From Prochlorococcus marinus subsp. pastoris str. CCMP1986 (lineage in GTDB: Bacteria > Cyanobacteriota > Cyanobacteriia > PCC-6307 > Cyanobiaceae), in the NCBI RefSeq assembly GCF_000011465.1, contig NC_005072.1, forward strand, positions 1,020,001-1,052,000: DNA of 32,000 bases. Reading direction: 5' to 3'. The translations under genes were made by a program, and so were the position numbers. Under the pieces are notes generated by a model. The model searched no databases. It saw only the letters and a list, made by a program, of their open reading frames with translations, and was not told where the DNA came from. This document shows, in pieces, positions 19,381 through 26,988 of this stretch; the first letter of the stretch is position 1, and each line of letters opens with the position of its first letter.

Positions 19381-20309
19381 GTAATAATATTTACAAGATT
19401 GTATCTCTCTATTCTTTCTTCTCATTTCAAGAAAATTCAATAATTGAACTGAAAGAAAACTTATTTAGTATTGAGAAGAACAATGATCTTTCAGGCCTAT
19501 TAATAATTGCGAGAGAGGGTCTTAACGGAACCGTTTGTGCTGAAGAAGGCATTATTGAAAATATCCTAAAGTTAATCAAAAATATTGTTGGGAATAACAA
19601 ATTAAACATTAAAGTTAGTTATTCAAAAAAAAAGATTTTCAAAAAATTAAAAATAAAAATCAAAGATGAAATAGTAACTATGGGTGTCCCAGAAATAAAT
19701 CCATCAGAAGATTCCGGAACTTATATTGACTCATTTTCTTGGAATAAATTAATTAAAGATAAAAATACAATCGTCGTTGATACTAGAAATCATTATGAAG
19801 TCTCTATAGGAAGTTTTAAAAAGTCAATCAATCCAAATACGGAAAATTTTAGCGAGTTTCCTGAGTGGGTGGATGATAATTTAGGGAAATATATAGGCGA
19901 CGATGATTCTAAAAATATAGCTATGTTTTGTACTGGAGGTATTAGATGTGAGAAAGCTACTAGTTTATTAAAAAAGAAAGGTTACAAAAACATCTTCCAT
20001 TTACAAGGCGGGATACTTAAATACCTCGAAGACATGTCAAAGGAAGAAAGCCTGTTTGAAGGAGAATGTTTTGTTTTTGATAAAAGAGTGGCTCTAGATC
20101 ACGAATTAAAACAAGGTTCTTACTCAATTTGTCATGCATGTGGGATGCCAATTTCTATAGAAGATCAAAAGAATAAGGAATACCGAGAAGGTATTCAATG
20201 TCATTTTTGTGTAAACAAATTCAGTGATAATGATAGAAAAAGATTTGAAGAAAGGCAAAAACAAATAAATAAATTAAAAGATAAAAATCAAAAAGTTTAT
20301 AAGGATTAA
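19377..20309 (+). CDS. trhO: Rhodanese-domain protein of the TrhO/YceA (UPF0176) family, tRNA U34 hydroxylase-like
   Basis: 310 aa. The block [14 protein letters not shown]...[14 protein letters not shown]...[10 protein letters not shown]...FVFDKRVA aligns block-for-block with E. coli YceA/TrhO. It has a C-terminal Cys-rich segment (CHACG...CHFC). ATGA overlap with the bioB stop. Confidence 0.85.
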   Translation: MSNNIYKIVSLYSFFSFQENSIIELKENLFSIEKNNDLSGLLIIAREGLNGTVCAEEGIIENILKLIKNIVGNNKLNIKVSYSKKKIFKKLKIKIKDEIVTMGVPEINPSEDSGTYIDSFSWNKLIKDKNTIVVDTRNHYEVSIGSFKKSINPNTENFSEFPEWVDDNLGKYIGDDDSKNIAMFCTGGIRCEKATSLLKKKGYKNIFHLQGGILKYLEDMSKEESLFEGECFVFDKRVALDHELKQGSYSICHACGMPISIEDQKNKEYREGIQCHFCVNKFSDNDRKRFEERQKQINKLKDKNQKVYKD

Positions 20310-20321
20310 TTGATAATAATT

Positions 20322-20822
20322 ATGAAAGTTGAAGAATTACAAAATATAGCATTTTCCTTAGGCCTAGTTATAAAAATACAAGTAAGAGAAACTATTGGAT
20401 TATGTTTTTTTAAAATTGTTATCGCAGAACAAACAGATAATGTTGTAAAAATTTGGGGAGAGATGAAAGGTTGGACTTACCTTAATAAGAAGGGTATTCA
20501 ACTTGATACATTAAGGATCCTGAGTAACTCTCCACCTTTTGTTTCGGAATTAATATGGGCATCTACTATGGCTTGGGCAATAGAAATGAAAGTAAGTAAA
20601 AAAGCACGATTATTAGCTATTTATGATACCGAAGGATATAGTAAAAAACTTGTCAGATACTTTAAAATTATTGGTTTTAAAGTTGTAAAAGAAGTTGGTT
20701 CTAGTCCAATAGACCTTTTCTTAAGATTAATTTGGGGCGGGGCGGGAACACTAATGCAAGGAGAATGTTATTTTGTATTAAACAAAATGAAAGAAAAACT
20801 TTCTTTAATTGAAAAAGTCTAA
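20322..20822 (+). CDS. Hypothetical protein, possibly a degenerate GNAT-like fold
   Basis: The ORF is open from TTG at 20310 (170 aa), and the first ATG at 20322 gives 166 aa. The segment ARLLAIYDTEGYSKKLVRYFKIIGFKVVKEV resembles the GNAT C-terminal YxxxGF region, but the R/QxxGxG/A acetyl-CoA loop is not recognisable. It is the last gene of the lysA-to-trhO co-directional string. Confidence 0.5.
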   Translation: MKVEELQNIAFSLGLVIKIQVRETIGLCFFKIVIAEQTDNVVKIWGEMKGWTYLNKKGIQLDTLRILSNSPPFVSELIWASTMAWAIEMKVSKKARLLAIYDTEGYSKKLVRYFKIIGFKVVKEVGSSPIDLFLRLIWGGAGTLMQGECYFVLNKMKEKLSLIEKV

Positions 20823-21718
20823 CCAGCGTGATAACTACTTCTAACTAAAGGGCCACAAGATACTTTTTTAAACCCTAATTTACTACAAAAACTTTTTAGG
20901 TATTCAAACTCCTTTGGTGCCCAATATTTCTTAACAGATAAATGCTTTAATGAAGGTCTTAGATATTGTCCAATTGTGATTTGATTACAATCCACTTTTT
21001 TTAGATCGAGAATCGTAGTTTCTATTTCTTTTAACGTTTCTCCTAAACCCAACATTATTCCTGATTTTGTTTGAATATTAGGAGCAATAGACTTTGCTTT
21101 TTCTAATAAGCCTATTGAATTTTTATAGTTAGCACCTCTTCGAACTTCTTTTTGAAGCCTTTCAACTGTCTCAAGATTATGATTAAAACAAATTGGCCTT
21201 TGTTCTAGAATTTTTTTAAGTCTATCTTTTTGAAGTTTATCTTTATCTTCAAAAGATTTTCCACCTCCCCATAAATCAGGAGTAAGAACTTCTATTTGAA
21301 TCTTTGGATCAATTTTTCTAATCTGATTAATCGTTGAGACAAATAAATTAGCTCCATGATCGGGAAGGTCGTCTCTGGCTACTGATGTAAGTACAACATA
21401 TTTTAAGTTTAGAATTTTTACTGCTTCTGCGACTTGAATACTTTCATATTTATTTATTTCACTAGGTTTACCTTTGTTTACCTGGCAGAAAGCGCAGGCA
21501 CGAGAACAAATTGATCCTCCAAGTAAAAAAGTAGCAGTACCTGAGGCATAACATTCGGCCCTATTAGGACATCTCCCTTCTTCACAAATTGTATGTATAT
21601 TTGACTTTCTAATAAGTCTTTGCATTTTCTCAAATTCCGAAGCTTTGCTAATAGGAAACTTTATCCAAGAAGGAAGCCTTAAAATTTTTTCTACTTTCAT
21701 CTGATTTTTATTTTTCAT
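20819..21718 (-). CDS. lipA: Lipoyl synthase
   Basis: 299 aa. N-terminal cluster CEEGRCPNRAEC, radical-SAM cluster CSRACAFC, GLGET, and the C-terminal RSSYHAG. There is an alternative ATG six codons downstream. Confidence 0.95.
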   Translation of the reverse strand: MKNKNQMKVEKILRLPSWIKFPISKASEFEKMQRLIRKSNIHTICEEGRCPNRAECYASGTATFLLGGSICSRACAFCQVNKGKPSEINKYESIQVAEAVKILNLKYVVLTSVARDDLPDHGANLFVSTINQIRKIDPKIQIEVLTPDLWGGGKSFEDKDKLQKDRLKKILEQRPICFNHNLETVERLQKEVRRGANYKNSIGLLEKAKSIAPNIQTKSGIMLGLGETLKEIETTILDLKKVDCNQITIGQYLRPSLKHLSVKKYWAPKEFEYLKSFCSKLGFKKVSCGPLVRSSYHAG

Positions 21719-21720
21719 TT

Positions 21721-22320
21721 TTAAATTAAATTTGTTCTTCCTTCTAAGGCTCTTGCTAAAGTAACTTCATCTACATATTCAAGTTCACTCCCCATAGGAA
21801 GACCATAGGCAATTCTAGTAACCTTAGTAAAAGGAGTTAGTAATTTTCCAATGTAAAGACTTGTAGTATCTCCTTCAACACTTGGAGTAAGTGCCAGTAT
21901 TATTTCATCAATATCTGATTTACTAACTCTCTCTACTAGACTTCTTATCTCTAATAATTCTGGACTAATTGAATCCATAGGAGAAATCAACCCCCCAATA
22001 ACATGATATGTGCCTTTAAACTCCCTTGATCGCTCTAAAGCCAGTAAATCTTTAGTTTCTGCTACTACGCAAATTATCTTTTGATTCCTCTCAGTATTTC
22101 TACATATTTCACATTCTTCTTCTGAAGTTAAATTAAAACATTTTTTACAATGACCAACATTACTATGTGCCTCTAATAATGCTTTAGAAAAATCTCTAAT
22201 ACTACTTTCAGGTTGTTTTAAAATAAATAATGCTAATCTTTGAGCTGTTCTTGGACCTATTCCGGGAAATTTCTCAAAATGACCAATTAATTTTGAAAGT
22301 GGTTTGGTAAAAGTTATCAA
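21721..22320 (-). CDS. recR: Recombination protein RecR
   Basis: 199 aa. HhH motif [14 protein letters not shown]4 zinc finger CKKC...CEIC, and a Toprim-type region [14 protein letters not shown]...[15 protein letters not shown] start at 22318-22320. The stop is 2 nt before the lipA start. Confidence 0.93.
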   Translation of the reverse strand: MITFTKPLSKLIGHFEKFPGIGPRTAQRLALFILKQPESSIRDFSKALLEAHSNVGHCKKCFNLTSEEECEICRNTERNQKIICVVAETKDLLALERSREFKGTYHVIGGLISPMDSISPELLEIRSLVERVSKSDIDEIILALTPSVEGDTTSLYIGKLLTPFTKVTRIAYGLPMGSELEYVDEVTLARALEGRTNLI

Positions 22321-22425
22321 GATTAAAATTCCTCTAGAAACAATTTAGACGTATATTTTGAAATTGGATATATTTGTTTGCTTTTAATGTCTTATTATAT
22401 TTTTAGTTAATAATTTCTAACAACA

Positions 22426-22983
22426 ATGAAAAATATGAAAATTAACCCTTTTAAAAATTTATTATTAATAATTTTATGTCTTGCATTAAGTGCATGCAGT
22501 GGAGGAATAAATGCAGGATTAGAGGCTTATCAGAGTCCCGATGGTAGATATGCCTTTTTATATCCAACAGGTTGGACAAGAGTAAAAGTAGATGGGGGTC
22601 CTGAAATTATTTACCACGATCTAATTAATAGTAATGAGACTTTAAGCTTGGTGATATCAGATGTAAATAAAGAAGTCGAATTAGAGCAACTAGGGGATCC
22701 AAAAGAAGTTGGACAAACATTAATAACTAAGGTCATTGCGCCTGAGGGTTCAGGAAGATCAGTAAAACTTATTGATGCTAAAAAGAGAGAAGCATCTAAT
22801 CATATTTTTTATGATCTAGAGTATGAATTAAATCTTAATGAACAAGATAGGCATGAACTTGCTACTGTCGTAATCGACAGAGGAACTTTATATACTTTTG
22901 CCGTCGGAACAAATGAAGAGAGATGGAATAAAGTTGACAGTATGTTTACTAATGTTATCGAGTCTTTTAACTTCTTAATTTAG
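22426..22983 (+). CDS. psbP: PsbP-like protein (CyanoP), lipoprotein
   Basis: 185 aa. Signal peptide with lipobox LALSAC, and PsbP-family blocks YQSPDGRYAFLYPTGWTRV, LSLVISDV, LGDPKEVG and GTLYTFAVGTNEERW. Confidence 0.85.
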   Translation: MKNMKINPFKNLLLIILCLALSACSGGINAGLEAYQSPDGRYAFLYPTGWTRVKVDGGPEIIYHDLINSNETLSLVISDVNKEVELEQLGDPKEVGQTLITKVIAPEGSGRSVKLIDAKKREASNHIFYDLEYELNLNEQDRHELATVVIDRGTLYTFAVGTNEERWNKVDSMFTNVIESFNFLI

Positions 22984-23001
22984 TTTTTGAAAAGATATTT
23001 T

Positions 23002-24774
23002 CTAAATTCCTACCTGAACATTCCACAAATCTGAATATACATTTTTATTGTTTAGCAAAAAATCATGTTTTCCGCTTTCAATAATTTTGCCTTTATCAAT
23101 AACAATAATATTATCAGCGTTTTTAATTGTACTTAATCTATGAGCTATGACTATAGTTGTTCTTTCTTTAGTTATTTTAGATAATGATTTCTGAATTAAA
23201 ACTTCTGTCTCGTTATCAACTGAAGCAGTAGCCTCATCTAAGATCAATATAGGAGCATCTTTTAGTACTGCTCTTGCTAAAGCTATTCTCTGGCGTTGTC
23301 CTCCAGAAAGTCTTTGTCCCCTTTCCCCAACGATTGTTTTATAACCATCCGGTAATTGTTCAATAAATTTATGAGCTTCAGCAATTTTAGATGCTTTTAC
23401 AATATCTTTAATTTTTGAACTAGTTGCCCCGTAGGCAATATTTTCCTCGACAGTTCCATGAAATAAATAAGTTTCTTGACTTACTAGAGAAATGCATTTT
23501 CTTAAGTCTTTTAAATTAATATCTTTTATTGGTATGTTATCCAAAAATATTAAACCATTATTACTATCATAAATTCTCAGAAGAAGTTTAATAATTGTAC
23601 TTTTGCCAGAACCAGTTAATCCAACAATTCCTAATGTAGAGTTATTCTGAATTTCAAAAGTTATGTTTTTTAATGTTGAATCTCTACCTGGATAATTAAA
23701 ATTTACATTTTCAAATCTAACATCGCCTTTTATCTTTTTAGAGCTAATTTTTATTTTGCCATCTTTTATTTTTATAGGGGTATCGATAAGATCTATTACT
23801 CTATTTATTGATGCCATTGAGCGTTGAAAATCATCTAAAACATGACCTAGAGTAGTCAAAGGCCATAACAATCTTTGAGTAATAAAGACTAAAAAACTAT
23901 ATGTTCCTACATCAAGTACCTTATTCCAGGTTTGAAAACCTCCAATAAGTAAAATTGCTATAAAAGCAAATAAAATAGCAAATCTTATTAGTGGAATAAA
24001 AGCAGATGATAATTTTATTGCTGCTTTATTACTTCTTTGATATGCAAGGCTTTCTTTATTTAGTCTATTTAGCTCCCAATTCTCTTTAGTAAAGCTCTTA
24101 ATCGTAAGTATCCCACTTAAATTATTATTTAATCTTGAAGCCAAAAGACCTGCTTTATTCCTGACATCTTTATATTTTGGAGAGAGCTTTCTTTGGAATC
24201 TTATTGATCCAAGAAATATTAAAGGGATAGGTAAGAAAGCAAATAATGCGATTTTGGGCGCAACAAAGATCATAGTCCCCCCAATAATTAAAACAGTAAT
24301 AAATAATTGAATAAGTTGATTAGCGCCTTGATCAAGAAACCTCTCGAGTTGATTTACATCATCATTTAATATCGAAAGTAGTCTTCCCGTATTATCGTTT
24401 TCAAAGAAAGCCATATCTAGTTCTTGAATATGCTTATAAGCCTTTATTCTCAATTTATGTTGTGATATTTGGGCTAAATTTCTCCATAAAACTGAGTATA
24501 AATATTCAAAGAAAGATTCTGCTGACCACACTATCCCAGAAGCAAATGCAAGAAATATTAATTGGTTTGGCACTTCCTTTATTCCTAAACTAGCAATCCA
24601 AGAATTCTGTTCTTTTACTACAATATCTACAGCAAGCCCAATAATTACTGGAGGAGCTAAATCTAAGATTTTATTTATTATTGAACTTAAAAAAGCAAAT
24701 AAAATTAGACTCCTTTCCTCTCTTAAATTTAGATAAAGCCTAACTATAGGATTTTTATTATTTATTAATCTCAT
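23002..24774 (-). CDS. ABC exporter, fused permease/ATPase (MsbA/multidrug type)
   Basis: 590 aa. An N-terminal six-helix-type TMD precedes an NBD with Walker A GLTGSGKST, Q-loop, signature LSGGQRQR, Walker B ILILDEATS and H-loop IAHRL. There is no N-terminal C39 peptidase domain. Confidence 0.9.
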   Translation of the reverse strand: MRLINNKNPIVRLYLNLREERSLILFAFLSSIINKILDLAPPVIIGLAVDIVVKEQNSWIASLGIKEVPNQLIFLAFASGIVWSAESFFEYLYSVLWRNLAQISQHKLRIKAYKHIQELDMAFFENDNTGRLLSILNDDVNQLERFLDQGANQLIQLFITVLIIGGTMIFVAPKIALFAFLPIPLIFLGSIRFQRKLSPKYKDVRNKAGLLASRLNNNLSGILTIKSFTKENWELNRLNKESLAYQRSNKAAIKLSSAFIPLIRFAILFAFIAILLIGGFQTWNKVLDVGTYSFLVFITQRLLWPLTTLGHVLDDFQRSMASINRVIDLIDTPIKIKDGKIKISSKKIKGDVRFENVNFNYPGRDSTLKNITFEIQNNSTLGIVGLTGSGKSTIIKLLLRIYDSNNGLIFLDNIPIKDINLKDLRKCISLVSQETYLFHGTVEENIAYGATSSKIKDIVKASKIAEAHKFIEQLPDGYKTIVGERGQRLSGGQRQRIALARAVLKDAPILILDEATASVDNETEVLIQKSLSKITKERTTIVIAHRLSTIKNADNIIVIDKGKIIESGKHDFLLNNKNVYSDLWNVQVGI

Positions 24775-24784
24775 TGTTGTTTTA

Positions 24785-25063
24785 TTATAATTTAAAATTT
24801 TTCTTAGTTTCTAACTTACATTCATTAATTGAATTTTGATGACTAGTACCTTTTCTAAATTTTTCTAAGTAGCAATTACAAGTACCTTTAGCAATTTCTT
24901 CGTCATAATTTAAATTCGCTTTTAACATTTCCAACTTAAAACTTTCAATACAAAACAAATTTATAATTGAATTATTTTTTGTATCTGCTAAATATTCAGA
25001 ATTTAAAAATCCGAACAAAAGAAAAAAACTTCCTAGAACAAAATGTTTTGTAATAGAACTCAT
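24785..25063 (-). CDS. Small hypothetical secreted protein, four Cys
   Basis: 92-aa ORF with an ATG start. It has a signal-peptide-like N-terminus (HFVLGSFFLLFGFLNS) and Cys at FCIE, TCNCY and NECK. It is wedged between the helicase (9-nt gap) and the ABC exporter (10-nt gap) on the same strand. I recognise no family. Confidence 0.5.
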   Translation of the reverse strand: MSSITKHFVLGSFFLLFGFLNSEYLADTKNNSIINLFCIESFKLEMLKANLNYDEEIAKGTCNCYLEKFRKGTSHQNSINECKLETKKNFKL

Positions 25064-25072
25064 GATCCAAAA

Positions 25073-26851
25073 TTAATTCCTTATTCTTAAATTTTTTAGT
25101 TTGTTCTTAACTTCACCATGTAAATCTCTTGGTAAATCTACCAAGCTGTACTCATTAAATATTTGTATCTTTCCAATCAATCTTCCATTAATATTTGTAG
25201 ACGTACAAATAGAAGAAATAATATTTGCTACTCTAACTCTGTCCATTTTGCCAAAATTAAATTTATAGGTTTCAAAAGAATCATTTTGATAATTATTTCT
25301 TCTATTTGTATTTCTCATACGATTATTTCCATTTCTATTTGATCTATTACGATCAGAATTATTTTGTCTATAAAGCCAAGACTCGTCTTCGTTAATAAAG
25401 AAAGATTTATTACCTATTGCTAAATTAATAGCTGCCATTGCTATATTTGAATCTTCCATAGAATGCTTTTCTCTTAGGGTATCCAGAATATCGATCATCA
25501 AAGCTTTTTTTTCTTCATTATTTTCCTGATCTAAAGAACTTTCATTCAAATTTGTAATTAATTTACCCATTCTTTTTTCATTAATTATTTTATTATTAGG
25601 TATCTCGATTTCTTCTATTTTATTTCTTGTTGAATTTTCTAAATTCCTAAGAAAATGTTTTTCTCTTTGATTTACAAATAAAATTGCTTCCCCAGACCTA
25701 CCTGCCCTCCCTGTTCTACCGATTCTATGAGTATATGTTTCCTTATCAAAAGGAAAATCGTAATTAATAACGAGTTTAATCCTTTCAACATCTAGGCCTC
25801 TAGCAGCGACATCAGTTGCAACAAGAATATCAATAAATCCTTTTTTTAATCTATCAACTGTATTTTCTCTTTGATTTTGTGGGATGTCACCATTAAGAAC
25901 AGCTACACTATGACCTGAGTTTTCTAGAGCTTCCGCAATTGAGGTAGTAAGTAATTTAGTCCTTACAAATATTATTACTCCTTCATTCGTTATTTCTAAT
26001 ATTCTTTTTAGAGCATCTAACTTATGGTGCCTTTGAACATTAATATATTTTTGAGTAATTAATTGAGTTTCTTGTTTAACGCTTTTAATAAGTATTTCAG
26101 CTGGTTCATTTAGATATTTTTTTGCTATGTTTCTTATCTCATTTGGCATTGTTGCAGAGAACAAAACCATTTGTTTATTTTCTGGAAGTTTATCTATAAT
26201 CCATTCAATATCTTCAAGAAATCCCATTTTTAACATTTCATCTGCTTCATCAAGAACAAGACAACTTATGTTATTGATCTTAAAAGTTCCTTGTCTTATA
26301 TGATCCATTATTCTTCCAGGAGTTCCAACGACAATGTCTGTCTTTCTTTTAAGTGATGAGATTTGATTCCTAAAATCAGTTCCTCCATATATTGCTAATG
26401 TCCTTAAATTAGTTGATTCAGCACTATAACTTTTAAAAGAATCTGCAACTTGAGTAGCCAACTCTCTTGTTGGGGTCATAACCAAAACTTTAGCGTTTGA
26501 TTCTTTATTATTTTCAAGCTTTTCTATTAATGGGAGAGCAAAGGCTGCTGTTTTACCTGTACCAGTCTGAGCTTGTCCTAACAAATCTCTTCCAAGCATT
26601 AATTCTGGAATTGCTGCTTTTTGTATAGGTGTAGGAGTTTTATATCCTTTACTTTCTAATGAATTTAATATTAATTTATTAAACCCAAAGCAAGCAAATC
26701 CATTATCAAGATCCTCTTCTTTAAAAGAAATTTCATCTTCGGTAACTTCTAATTTTTGTTCTGATTGAATTGAAGGATTATTAGAAATATTTTCTACCCC
26801 CAAATTATCGTCATTTTTTTCTACTAATTGATTGTCTTTATTTGAAGCCAT
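25073..26851 (-). CDS. DEAD-box ATP-dependent RNA helicase (DeaD/CsdA-like with a DbpA-type C-terminal RNA-binding domain)
   Basis: 592 aa. Q-motif region GYKTPTPIQ, then AQTGTGKT, PTRELA, DEAD, SAT and HRIGRTGRAG. An N/R-rich low-complexity linker (NSDRNRSNRNGNNRMRNTNRRNN) is followed by a DbpA-like domain (FNFGKMDRVRVANIISSI...). Confidence 0.92.
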   Translation of the reverse strand: MASNKDNQLVEKNDDNLGVENISNNPSIQSEQKLEVTEDEISFKEEDLDNGFACFGFNKLILNSLESKGYKTPTPIQKAAIPELMLGRDLLGQAQTGTGKTAAFALPLIEKLENNKESNAKVLVMTPTRELATQVADSFKSYSAESTNLRTLAIYGGTDFRNQISSLKRKTDIVVGTPGRIMDHIRQGTFKINNISCLVLDEADEMLKMGFLEDIEWIIDKLPENKQMVLFSATMPNEIRNIAKKYLNEPAEILIKSVKQETQLITQKYINVQRHHKLDALKRILEITNEGVIIFVRTKLLTTSIAEALENSGHSVAVLNGDIPQNQRENTVDRLKKGFIDILVATDVAARGLDVERIKLVINYDFPFDKETYTHRIGRTGRAGRSGEAILFVNQREKHFLRNLENSTRNKIEEIEIPNNKIINEKRMGKLITNLNESSLDQENNEEKKALMIDILDTLREKHSMEDSNIAMAAINLAIGNKSFFINEDESWLYRQNNSDRNRSNRNGNNRMRNTNRRNNYQNDSFETYKFNFGKMDRVRVANIISSICTSTNINGRLIGKIQIFNEYSLVDLPRDLHGEVKNKLKNLRIRN

Positions 26852-26858
26852 TAAAATA

Positions 26859-26879
26859 CCTGATTATCTACTGATCAGG
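26859..26879 (-). promoter_or_regulatory. Hairpin in the helicase mRNA leader, over the expected ribosome-binding region
   Basis: The minus-strand RNA reads CCUGAU-CAGUAGAUA-AUCAGG: a 6-bp stem with a 9-nt loop, ending 7 nt before the AUG (26851). Confidence 0.3.
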
Positions 26880-26988
26880 CATTCAACATTTATCTAAAGA
26901 ATATTAAATTGTTGACTAGCCTTTCAGATCCGAATCACTAATCTAACATCTGGAGGTAAAGATAAATCTGATTTCACGAAATAAAAAC

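Noticed and set aside
20734-20746. G-rich run GGGGCGGGGCGGG, conspicuous in an AT-rich genome, considered as a possible G-quadruplex.
   Set aside because: There are only three G-tracts, with no fourth tract nearby. It simply encodes the WGGAG segment of the ORF.
23002-25063. Small Cys-containing peptide next to an ABC exporter, considered as a possible bacteriocin or lanthipeptide (prochlorosin-like) export locus.
   Set aside because: The exporter has no N-terminal C39 peptidase domain. The small protein has a Sec-type hydrophobic N-terminus rather than a double-glycine leader, and no LanM/LanB/LanC-type modification gene is nearby. I kept it only as an unexplained gene trio.
25280-25360. 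N/R-rich low-complexity tract in the helicase (RNRSNRNGNNRMRNTNRRNN) and the S/T/N/K-rich tail of CdaA (about 17430-17558).
   Set aside because: These are probably AT-bias-driven versions of the basic or flexible linkers common in the two families. They are not independent features.
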